Below the pieces are notes generated by a model. That model worked only from the letters and a program-made list of their open reading frames with translations. It made no database searches and was not told the origin of the DNA. A stretch of 64,000 bases of DNA from an uncultured candidatus Brocadiaceae bacterium (GTDB lineage: Bacteria > Planctomycetota > UBA1135 > UBA2386), in contig CAYQMF010000015.1 in NCBI GenBank assembly GCA_964418595.1, positions 5,756 through 69,755 on the forward strand, in the 5' to 3' direction. Every line of letters begins with the position of its first letter. The stretch's first letter is position 1. The translations under genes and the position numbers were made by a program. Of the stretch, positions 25,858-33,898 are shown piece after piece.

Positions 25858-27080
25858 TCGAGAAGGCCTCGTTGGGCAAAGGGCGTGTGCGCAGGGCGGA
25901 GCAGGAGATCGGTGCGCGTTGCGCCGGCGCGGGCGACGACCAGGGCGCCGTCGGGGATGCCGAGCGCGGCGAGGGGCGCATCGAGGATCCGCAGGTGCGC
26001 CGCTTGCGCGGCGCCGATCGACGCGAGCAGGGCGTCGCGCCGCCAGTACATCGCTCGGCCGCAGCGCGGGCAGGCCGGCGGGGTCGACCACACGCACGCG
26101 GGCTGCACGACACCGCTGCCGCAGGAGCAGGCGGCAGCCAGCGCCAGCGGAGCGGCGAGCGGAGTCAGGGTCGGGTCCGGCGCGCGCAGGAGGTCGCGCG
26201 CCTTGGCGAACAACCCGCGCAGGGTGATCTCCGCCGTGGTCGACGCGAGCGCGACCGCGGTGATCGGCGCATGGTCGCCGAGGCAACGGGCGCTGCGCGC
26301 CAGCGCGAGCGTGTGCAGCACGCCGCCGGTGAGGTCGAGGAGGGTCTCGTGGTCGAGCGCCCGCTCGCGGTCGCGGCCGCCGACCAACCGTTGCGCCTGC
26401 AGCAGACCGAGGCCGACGACGGCCAGCGTCGTCGCCATGCCGGCCAGCGTCGGCGCGCGGCCTTCCGCGCCATCGTCGGCGCGGCCGCCGGGACAAGGCG
26501 TCGGTGGTCCGCCGACGAGGTCTTCGACGCCGTACGAGCAGAGCTGGCAGGCGTGGCCGCCCCCGCCGTGCGACACGAGGACGCGGCCCATCTCGCGCGT
26601 ACCCGTGCCATCGACGGCCAGCCGGACCAGCGGGATCGCGGCGGCGTTGGAGATCGACGTCAGGTGCCGAGCGAGGCCGCCGGCGTCGGTGCAGTCCACG
26701 ATCAGATCGCAGGCGGCGAGCACGCCGTAGCCGACGCCACGCACGTCGATCGGGAGCGCGAAGGCCCGGCCGGGCTCGATCGCGTCGCACGCGTCGACCA
26801 CGGCGTCGACCTTGCGGCGTCCCACCGCCGCGATGGGGACGGCCTGTGTGCCGACGTTGTGGGCCTCGACCCGATCCGCATCGATCGCGAGCACCACCGC
26901 GCCGCTGCGCACGACCGCCAGCGCGAAGTGCGAGCCCAGCGCCCCGGCGCCGATGATCGCGATGCGTGCCGTGCGCCAGCGAGCGAACGGATCGCCCGTG
27001 AGCAGTGAGGTGCCACGCACCCGCGCCAGGCGGTCGCTCGCGGGTGCGGCCACGGGCATGGCGTGCAGCTCAGCGCGCAT
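25854..27080 (-). CDS. ThiF/MoeB/E1-like adenylyltransferase (ubiquitin-activating-enzyme-like)
   Basis: 'ARIAIIGAGALGSHFALAVVRSGAVVLAIDADRVEAHNVGTQ' (Rossmann GxGxxG plus DxD..N), 'DLIVDCTD', and Cys pairs 'CQLC' and 'CPRC'. The ATG at 27080 overlaps the upstream stop by 11 nt (alternative ATG at 27059). Confidence 0.85.
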   Translation of the reverse strand: MRAELHAMPVAAPASDRLARVRGTSLLTGDPFARWRTARIAIIGAGALGSHFALAVVRSGAVVLAIDADRVEAHNVGTQAVPIAAVGRRKVDAVVDACDAIEPGRAFALPIDVRGVGYGVLAACDLIVDCTDAGGLARHLTSISNAAAIPLVRLAVDGTGTREMGRVLVSHGGGGHACQLCSYGVEDLVGGPPTPCPGGRADDGAEGRAPTLAGMATTLAVVGLGLLQAQRLVGGRDRERALDHETLLDLTGGVLHTLALARSARCLGDHAPITAVALASTTAEITLRGLFAKARDLLRAPDPTLTPLAAPLALAAACSCGSGVVQPACVWSTPPACPRCGRAMYWRRDALLASIGAAQAAHLRILDAPLAALGIPDGALVVARAGATRTDLLLRPAHTPFAQRGLLE

Positions 27081-27663
27081 CGCGGCCCTCCTTCGCCATC
27101 GCCAGCAACTCGGCGAGGCGCGGGCCACCGCGGCGTGCCGGCGGGCGCCAGCGACGGGCGCGCGGGTCGAACCCGCACTGGTGGCAACGCAAGGTCGGCC
27201 GCCACGCGGTGCGCTTGAACATGCCCGCGCACGGCGTCGTCGGCGTGCCGGGGCAGACCACGATCGGCTCGCCCGCGGCGAGTCGCGTCCGCGTGCGCAG
27301 GCAACGCTGGTCGTCGCCGTGCTGCGCCGGATCGTAGGTCGTCTCCACGGGTTCCGTGTCGGCCGAGACCCACGTCGGGTGGCCGCCCATGTCGATGCGA
27401 TCGCCGTGCCGCAGGACGTGCAGCCCGATGCCCGCCGGCGTGCCGTTGATCGTCACGCCGCCGCCGAGGTCAGCCGGCACGAGGAGCGCACCGACGGTGC
27501 GCCCGCGGCGGGCGGCGAACACGGTCGCGTGGTGCGCCGCGTCCTGCGGGTCTTGGACCGCGACGCCGGTGGCGGCGATACCGACGATGCGACCGACGAC
27601 CTGCTCCGTGCCGCCGTCGCCGTACCAGAGCGTGACCTGCGTGATCGGAGTTTGCGGGTTCAT
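27070..27663 (-). CDS. FHA-domain protein with C-terminal Cys-rich zinc-ribbon-like segment
   Basis: FHA-like 'VVGR...AAHHATVFAARRG...LLVPADLGGGVTINGTP...HVLRHGDRIDMGG'. C-terminal 'CLRTRTRLAAGEPIVVCPGTPTTPCAGMFKRTAWRPTLRCHQCGF'. The ATG overlaps the upstream stop (ATGA). Confidence 0.65.
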   Translation of the reverse strand: MNPQTPITQVTLWYGDGGTEQVVGRIVGIAATGVAVQDPQDAAHHATVFAARRGRTVGALLVPADLGGGVTINGTPAGIGLHVLRHGDRIDMGGHPTWVSADTEPVETTYDPAQHGDDQRCLRTRTRLAAGEPIVVCPGTPTTPCAGMFKRTAWRPTLRCHQCGFDPRARRWRPPARRGGPRLAELLAMAKEGRDAR

Positions 27664-28259
27664 GGGGTGGCCTCGTCGGTGGAGTAGCCCTTCAACCGCG
27701 CGCGCACCGCGTCTGCCAGAGACGGGTCGGCGAGCGCCTTCACGTACCGATCCACGTACGCCTGCAAGATCGGCGACATCGGCACCTGCCCGAGCCCGGG
27801 CACGCGCAGCGTCGCCGCGAGCCGGCCACCCTGTCGCTGCTGCACGAGGGGCGCGACGGAGTGGCCCGGCCACGCCCTCGCTGCCGCACGCGCGATCTTG
27901 GCGTTGAGGGTACGGATGTACGTGCCGACGCCTTCCGCATGGATCGGCACGGAGTGGCCGTCGAGGATCGCGAGCAGCGCGGCGAGCCCAGCCAGAGTCG
28001 GGCGGCCGCGGCGCCAACTCGGCCGTGGGTCGCTGGCGCGCGGGGTGACCGCGTCGGTGATCTCGACGAACAGCAACGCCAGCAGCAGGCGGGTGCAGCG
28101 CGCCGGGATCGCGACGCGCAGCGGCGGGCGTGGCTCGGTGGCGTGCACTTCCAGTTCGCCGCGACCGTCGTCGTCGATGCGCAGCGTGTAGGAGATCGGC
28201 GGAGTTGACGGCGAACGCGGGTCGGCGGAGCGTTTCATCGTGAGGATGAAGGTCCGCAC
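27660..28259 (-). CDS. hypothetical protein, possible OmpR/PhoB-type winged-helix (Trans_reg_C-like)
   Basis: First gene of the operon. 'LRVAIPARCTRLLLALLFVE....VGTYIRTLNAKIARAA' resembles the winged-helix recognition pattern (by eye only). An alternative start is ATG at 28238. Confidence 0.5.
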   Translation of the reverse strand: MRTFILTMKRSADPRSPSTPPISYTLRIDDDGRGELEVHATEPRPPLRVAIPARCTRLLLALLFVEITDAVTPRASDPRPSWRRGRPTLAGLAALLAILDGHSVPIHAEGVGTYIRTLNAKIARAAARAWPGHSVAPLVQQRQGGRLAATLRVPGLGQVPMSPILQAYVDRYVKALADPSLADAVRARLKGYSTDEATP

Positions 28260-28512
28260 GCGCGAGCAACCTGTCGACCGGGTGCGGATGGCATTCGGCG
28301 CTGAATACGCGCTCTCGCTTCGCGGCCTTACGCGGTGCGTGAGCGCGGCTCGCGTTCAGTGTGGAAAGCCGCAGACTCGCGGGGAGTCACGCGGCGCGAG
28401 GGGGGAGCGGAGTCGGCGCGCGGTGTCCATGATGTCGATCCGCGGTCATGCTCCCCCTCGGCGCATCGAAGGCCGCAACCGTCACCGTTCCTCCTTCCAA
28501 GGACTCGCACCC
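28260..28512. promoter_or_regulatory. divergent intergenic region between the Ubl/Pup operon and the SorC-type regulator gene
   Basis: 253-nt non-coding gap flanked by divergently oriented start codons. Promoters for both units must lie here, but I could not identify specific boxes confidently. Confidence 0.4.
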
Positions 28513-29697
28513 ATGCCGAAGGCTCGCACGCGTTTCACCGATCCCGAAATCCTCGCCGCCGCGATCCTGCGCTCGCGTGGTGCTCTCCAGGCCAGCATCG
28601 CCGAAGCGCTGGGCGTGTCGCCGGCGACCGTGACCCGGATGCTGGATGAAGCGGAGGCCAACAAGTGGTTCAACCCGAACCCGGCGGTGCTGTTCCGCAA
28701 CGTGCCGCCCGGCCTCGTCGACGAGGCGAATGCCTACCTCGCGCCGTCGGAGCTCGGCGAGAAGCTGCGGCTCGCGATGGGCAGCGAGCACCGCTGCCAT
28801 GTCTCGATCATCCGCGACAAGACGACCCGCGCGTGGAACGTGGGCGCCGCCGGGGCGGTCGTCCAGCAGTTGATCGACGCCGGCGTACTGGGAGTATCCT
28901 GGGGCTGGGCGATCTCCGGCGTGGTCGACGGCCTGGAGCGGATGGTGATGTCGCCGCCGCGGGCCGACGGGCGTACGCCGGTCCGGCCGATCCCGGTGTG
29001 TGGCGATCCGATCTGCGCACACAAGACCCGGCAGGAGTTCTCGTCGACCTGGCTGGCGGACTGCATCGATCGGGTTCTCAACGACGACGCGGCGCGCGAG
29101 GCGGTGCCGTCGTTGTCGGCGGTGTTCGCCTACATCCCCCGCGCCATGGCCAAGCCTTCGAGCGGCGTGCGCGAGTTCCTGGCGAACAGCCCCGGCTACA
29201 GCGAACTCGTCGGCGCGACCCCCGGCGGAGGCCTCTTCGCCAAAGTCGACACCCTGCTCACGGGCATCGGGATTCCGGCCACCTCCGGTCCCTACTCGCT
29301 CGGGGTCTTCGTGCGCGAGCGCGCCGAGTGCGAGAAGATCCCTGAGGCGGAGATGAGCCGGCTGGTCTTCGGCGACATCGCGGGCGTGCTCATCCCGCGG
29401 CCGAACCTGAGTGCCGCCGATCGCAAGCTCGTGCAGAGTCTCAACGAGGGGTGGACCGGCCTGCGGCTCGCCGACATCGAGCGCTGCGCCCGCGAGGGCC
29501 GCGCGAAGGGCCGGGGCGGCGTGATCGTCGTCACGCAGGGCAAGCTCAAGAAGGACTTCATCCTCGAGTTGCTGCGGTTGGGTCTCGTCAACCGGCTCGT
29601 CGTGGATGGCGAGCTGGCGGATGCGCTCTCGGCGCACGGGCGGGCTGCTCCGGCGAAGTCGGCGGGGCTTGCCTCGTCCGGCGCAGCCGAATCGTGA
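28513..29697 (+). CDS. SorC/DeoR-like transcriptional regulator (HTH plus sugar-phosphate-binding-type domain)
   Basis: N-terminal HTH 'LQASIAEALGVSPATVTRMLDEA'. C-terminal 'GVSWGWAISGVVDGL', 'LLTGIGIP', 'GDIAGVLIP', 'VIVVTQGKLKKDFILELLRLGLVNRLVVDGELADAL'. Internal ATG at 28513. Confidence 0.7.
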   Translation: MPKARTRFTDPEILAAAILRSRGALQASIAEALGVSPATVTRMLDEAEANKWFNPNPAVLFRNVPPGLVDEANAYLAPSELGEKLRLAMGSEHRCHVSIIRDKTTRAWNVGAAGAVVQQLIDAGVLGVSWGWAISGVVDGLERMVMSPPRADGRTPVRPIPVCGDPICAHKTRQEFSSTWLADCIDRVLNDDAAREAVPSLSAVFAYIPRAMAKPSSGVREFLANSPGYSELVGATPGGGLFAKVDTLLTGIGIPATSGPYSLGVFVRERAECEKIPEAEMSRLVFGDIAGVLIPRPNLSAADRKLVQSLNEGWTGLRLADIERCAREGRAKGRGGVIVVTQGKLKKDFILELLRLGLVNRLVVDGELADALSAHGRAAPAKSAGLASSGAAES

Positions 29698-29847
29698 GGC
29701 CGAGGCTCATGGGCCGCGAGGTTTTTCGAGATCGGATTGGATGATCGGCCTCCTGACGGCGCTATGGCGCCGGCACGATTGCGCGGGGCTTCCCCGACGC
29801 CTCGCAGGCACCTAGGATCGGCCACCCCTCGTTCCAGGAAGGACAGC

Positions 29848-32835
29848 ATGATCGCTCCCGTACCGTTGGTTCTCGCCGCCAGCCTGGCGGTGAGTGGGAC
29901 TTCCGTCGCCGCGCAAGGTCCGCGGCTCGATCTGCCGCAGCATCCCGTACGCTGGAGCCAGGACGTCGGGTCCGCGCGCAATCCCGCCCGCGCCGCCGTC
30001 GTGGTCACTGCCGACACCTACGACGCGCGACCGAACTGGGCGTTGCCCGCGGCGGCGGCCGCGGGCGACCTGGTCGGCAAGGCACTCGAGGAGGCCGGGG
30101 GATTCTCGAATGGCATCACCCGGGTGCACCGCGAGCGCGCGATCCCGTACTACGTGGAAGATGCGATCGTGGAGGCCGGCCGGAGCCTGACCCGCCCGGG
30201 CGTGCTGCTCGTGTATTGGCTGGGGCACGGCTGCGTGAAGAGCGGGCAGCAGGAGTTGTTCACGCATCACTCGAAAGATGTCGGCTCCGACTACGACCAG
30301 ACGATCGGGCGCGCGACGATCGTCCAGTGGCTGGACAAGGCGCGTGCCGAAGCCGAAGGACGCGGCGTGCGCCTCACGACCGCGTTGATCGTGGATGCCT
30401 GCCGCGTCGAGACCGCTGGTCCGCCCCCCAAGGCCAGACTGATCGCCAGCCAGACCTGGGAGGTCTACAGCACGGAGGAGGGCCACTTCGTGCCGGCCGG
30501 AAGCGGCGACGCGTTCCCGTTCAGCCACCAGTTCGCGGCGGCGATGCGCAGCCACGCGGAGCGCAACATCGTGGTCTCGCTGGTGGACGTGTTCCGTGAC
30601 TGCGACTACGAGACCCGTCGGGCGCCCGGTGGTCTGAAGCCGAAACTGATTCCCCCCAACGGGGATCTGACCGCGGCCGCGCCCGCGCTCGTCGTGCCGC
30701 CGCGCGTGGCGTTCACGTTGCGCGTCAAGGATGCCCTCGCAGACACTGCGGTGGCCGGCGCGGAAGTCGTGTTCAACGACCAGAAGATCCAGCTCGACGG
30801 TCCCACGTGCCAGCTCGAGGGTGGGGCGAGCCGGGACAGCCTCGTCAGCCGCCACAACCTCGTCATCAATTGCCGGGGCTATCTCTCCCGCGCCGATCGG
30901 GTCGAGCTGCGCCGTGAGCACACCGGCCGGGAGTTGACCATCGCGCTCCTCCCCGCGCTCTGCGTCGTCACCGGCAGGATCGAGCCGCGACCCAAGGGCC
31001 GCGTGCGCGTCGAGGCTTCGTCGATGGAGGGGATCAGGTCGGGCTTCCACGTGGCGGCTGCGCTCACCGATGCGGACGGAAGGTTCGAGTTGCGTCTGCC
31101 GCGGGTAACCGAGGGCAGCAAGGTGCGGATCGTCGCGGGCACGAAGTCGATCGCCGACTACGACATCCCGCGCACGACGCGGCTCGTGTCGGTTGGGGCC
31201 CACGATGGGATCAGCCTCCACGAGATGACCCTGAACCTGGGCTTGGAGGCCGGCGCCGCGCTCGGCGTGGAGGCCGTCATGAGCAAGCCGGCGGACGCAC
31301 CGGCGAAGGACCCGGAGTTCGCGAGTCGGATCGACCGCATCGAGTGGGGGTACGTGCTGGATGCCGTGCGCCTCGAGAACTTCGACCTCGCCGTGGAGCG
31401 CATGGCGCAGTTCAAGGGCAACGAGCCCGGACTCGACGCGTGGCGCACGTTCGTTGCGAGCCGCTGGGCTCCGGTCCGCTTGCGCGAGGGCCTGAAGGCC
31501 GGCAAGGCAGAGGGCGACTGGAGCAAGGCGGAGCAGGTCGTGACGTGGTTGAGTCAGCCGCGACGGGTCGCGCTGCCCAACGAGGTCGAGATCGAGGAAC
31601 TCGTGGCAGAGGTGACCCGCGAGAAGATGCCGTTGGCGGCGCGCCGGGCATACGAGGCGGGATACCAGGCTCGCCGTGAAGGCCGCCTGGAGGATGCACT
31701 TGCGGGCTACGTGGCTGCTCGCTCTGGCGTGAGCGCGCACTACCGCGCCGAAGTGGAGATGGCGATCGAGGATGTATCCGCCCAGCTCTACGAGCGGCAC
31801 AGCAGCGCCGGGTCGGATGCGGAGCTGAGCGGCGATTTCGAGAAGGCCCTGGCCGCCTACATGCGGGCGGCGGAGTACAACAAGCGCGCGGAGTGGAACG
31901 TCGAGCGGTTGCTGAAGGATCCACGGTTCGTGGGGACGGCGACGGGGCGCGCCGCGCTCGTGCGGCTCAACCGCGGCGCCGAAGTGTTCGGTTCGTGGAA
32001 CGTGAAGATCGTGGAGGCTTCGTTCGGCACTGTGTCCGGCTACCCGCGACGGGTCGAGGACCAGACCACGGGCATCGTGCTCATCCTGGTGGAGCCCGGT
32101 GAGTTCGCCATGGGCAGCACGGCCGACGCGAACAGCCGCCCCGTCCATCAGGTGCGGATCACCCAGCCGTTCTACCTGGGCGAGACGGAGGTGACCGTCG
32201 AGCAGTGGCGGCGCTTCGCGATGGCGAACCGCGCGAACCGTGACCTGGCGCGTGGCCTCGCCGACCCGCGCACCAACGCGCCGTGGAAGAAGGCGGTTGC
32301 GTGGGACGAGTCGCATCCGGTCGTCAACGTGCGGTGGAGCGAGGCCAATGCGTTCTGCCGGCACTTCGGCATGCGCCTGCCCACGGAGGCCGAGTGGGAG
32401 TACGCATGTCGAGCCGGAACGCCCGGTCCGTTCTGGTTCGGCTCGAACCCGAGCGACGGTCAGGGCAACGGCAACTTCTTCGGCCGCGACACACAGCGCG
32501 CGTCCGGACTGACGCAGGGGATGCCCTGGCCGTTCGAGGATGGACACCTGCTCACGGCGCCGGTTCGCAGCTTCCGCCCCAACGCGTGGGGCTTCTACGA
32601 CATGTCTGGCAACGTCGCCGAGTACTGCGCCGATGCCTACGACCCGCAGGCGTACTCCGGCAGGCGCGGTGAGGTCGTCGACCCGTTCGTGCAGGCGGGC
32701 CCGCAGCGCGTGTACCGCGGTGGCTCGTGGGTGCACGTGCCCACGGCCGCGACCTCGGCATCGCGGGTCGGGCGTGACCCGGAGAAGGGAACGGACTACG
32801 TGGGGTTCCGCGTCGCGAGGTCGGTGGGATCGTGA
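29848..32835 (+). CDS. secreted caspase-like (peptidase C14) - CarboxypepD_reg-like - TPR-like - FGE-sulfatase (SUMF1) domain protein
   Basis: Signal peptide 'MIAPVPLVLAASLAVSGTSVAAQ'. Caspase dyad 'LLVYWLGHGCV' and 'ALIVDACRVE'. 'TDADGRFELRLP'. C-terminal 'VEPGEFAMGS...RWSEANAFCRHFGMRLPTEAEWEYACRAGT...NAWGFYDMSGNVAEYC...YRGGSW...VGFRVAR'. Confidence 0.85.
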   Translation: MIAPVPLVLAASLAVSGTSVAAQGPRLDLPQHPVRWSQDVGSARNPARAAVVVTADTYDARPNWALPAAAAAGDLVGKALEEAGGFSNGITRVHRERAIPYYVEDAIVEAGRSLTRPGVLLVYWLGHGCVKSGQQELFTHHSKDVGSDYDQTIGRATIVQWLDKARAEAEGRGVRLTTALIVDACRVETAGPPPKARLIASQTWEVYSTEEGHFVPAGSGDAFPFSHQFAAAMRSHAERNIVVSLVDVFRDCDYETRRAPGGLKPKLIPPNGDLTAAAPALVVPPRVAFTLRVKDALADTAVAGAEVVFNDQKIQLDGPTCQLEGGASRDSLVSRHNLVINCRGYLSRADRVELRREHTGRELTIALLPALCVVTGRIEPRPKGRVRVEASSMEGIRSGFHVAAALTDADGRFELRLPRVTEGSKVRIVAGTKSIADYDIPRTTRLVSVGAHDGISLHEMTLNLGLEAGAALGVEAVMSKPADAPAKDPEFASRIDRIEWGYVLDAVRLENFDLAVERMAQFKGNEPGLDAWRTFVASRWAPVRLREGLKAGKAEGDWSKAEQVVTWLSQPRRVALPNEVEIEELVAEVTREKMPLAARRAYEAGYQARREGRLEDALAGYVAARSGVSAHYRAEVEMAIEDVSAQLYERHSSAGSDAELSGDFEKALAAYMRAAEYNKRAEWNVERLLKDPRFVGTATGRAALVRLNRGAEVFGSWNVKIVEASFGTVSGYPRRVEDQTTGIVLILVEPGEFAMGSTADANSRPVHQVRITQPFYLGETEVTVEQWRRFAMANRANRDLARGLADPRTNAPWKKAVAWDESHPVVNVRWSEANAFCRHFGMRLPTEAEWEYACRAGTPGPFWFGSNPSDGQGNGNFFGRDTQRASGLTQGMPWPFEDGHLLTAPVRSFRPNAWGFYDMSGNVAEYCADAYDPQAYSGRRGEVVDPFVQAGPQRVYRGGSWVHVPTAATSASRVGRDPEKGTDYVGFRVARSVGS

Positions 32836-32968
32836 CCCTCGCGGCGGTCGCGGGCCGTCCCGCTCCGCCCGGTGTGGTCAGGTATTGGGTTGATCTTCGT
32901 CCATGTCTTTTTCAGAGGAGCCGTTCGTGGGATACGCACAGTTGTCAGATCGTCGCCCGGGTTGCTGC

Positions 32969-33814
32969 ATGGCGGTGACGAGGGCGCTCGTCTTGGTCGC
33001 GCTCGCGCTGCCGGCGGCCGCCCAGTTCGAAGAGGGTGAGAAGCAGGACCAGGGTGTCGCCAAGCCGCCGCCGAAGGAGGTCGAGCGCCCGGTCACGCCG
33101 CCGCGTTCCTACACGCCGTCCCGCACGCTGAATGCCGTCGAGTTCGGCAAGGGCGAACTCACCATCGCCTTCGGCGCCGGCGACGAGACGCACGAGACGA
33201 TCGGTGCCAGTCCGCCGCTGGATGGCGAGGTGGATTCCACCTACTTCCGGCTCGGCCTGGCCGCGGCCGACGGCGGAGTGCTCCGCTTCGGGTTGGAGTG
33301 GATGGCCTCGGACGACGACCTGTTCCCGACCTTCGCGGGCGAGGAATCGTCGGAGATGATCGATGTCGAGTTCCTGGGCGGCGGCGAGGTCCGAGGGCGG
33401 CGCGCTCGGCTCCAGATCATGGGCGGACTGACGATCCACCAGTTGAGCCTCGACTTCGACCCGCAGACCGTCGACTGGCTGGGGGTCGGCTTCCGCCTCG
33501 CGGTGGCTCCGGAGATCGCGCTCGTGGCCTCCGATGATGGCGAGAGTTTCCTCTCGGCGTTCGGCATGCTGTCGGGATCGTTCTCGGTCTACGACATCGA
33601 CGCGTCGACGCAGTCGGAGACCTTTACCTCCACGGGCACGCAGTTCGGGGTGGACGTTGGTTTGCGCGTGCAGGCAGAGCGGTTCGTCGCCAGCCTCTCC
33701 TACGTCCTGCGGTCGATGAGCGTCGACGACAGCGATCCTGCGGGCGGCGTGTTCGTCCGCGAGATCGACCACGAGTTCTCCGGGATCGTCGCGTCGGTCG
33801 GCGTGCGCTTCTGA
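32969..33814 (+). CDS. outer-membrane beta-barrel-like protein
   Basis: Signal peptide 'MAVTRALVLVALALPAAAQ', alternating-residue beta strands, and a C-terminal '...GIVASVGVRF' ending in Phe. Confidence 0.6.
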   Translation: MAVTRALVLVALALPAAAQFEEGEKQDQGVAKPPPKEVERPVTPPRSYTPSRTLNAVEFGKGELTIAFGAGDETHETIGASPPLDGEVDSTYFRLGLAAADGGVLRFGLEWMASDDDLFPTFAGEESSEMIDVEFLGGGEVRGRRARLQIMGGLTIHQLSLDFDPQTVDWLGVGFRLAVAPEIALVASDDGESFLSAFGMLSGSFSVYDIDASTQSETFTSTGTQFGVDVGLRVQAERFVASLSYVLRSMSVDDSDPAGGVFVREIDHEFSGIVASVGVRF

Positions 33815-33823
33815 CGCAGAAAC

Positions 33824-33880
33824 GACGAGAGCCGGGCGGGTCCCCGGCTCTCGTCGCGGCGGGCGCACCTGGGTGCGCCC
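33824..33880. terminator. two GC-rich hairpins between convergent genes (putative bidirectional terminator)
   Basis: Perfect 13-bp stem GACGAGAGCCGGG/CCCGGCTCTCGTC (33824-33855, 6-nt loop) and an 8-bp stem GGGCGCAC/GTGCGCCC (33861-33880, 4-nt loop). There is no U-tract. Confidence 0.5.
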
Positions 33881-33898
33881 GCGAGCTTCATCCCTCGC

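Noticed and set aside
14220-29700. Searched the neighbourhood of the Pup-like module for 20S proteasome alpha/beta subunit genes (prcA/prcB).
   Set aside because: No ORF with Ntn-hydrolase or proteasome-like sequence was seen in any frame here, so I do not claim a proteasome. They could be elsewhere in the genome.
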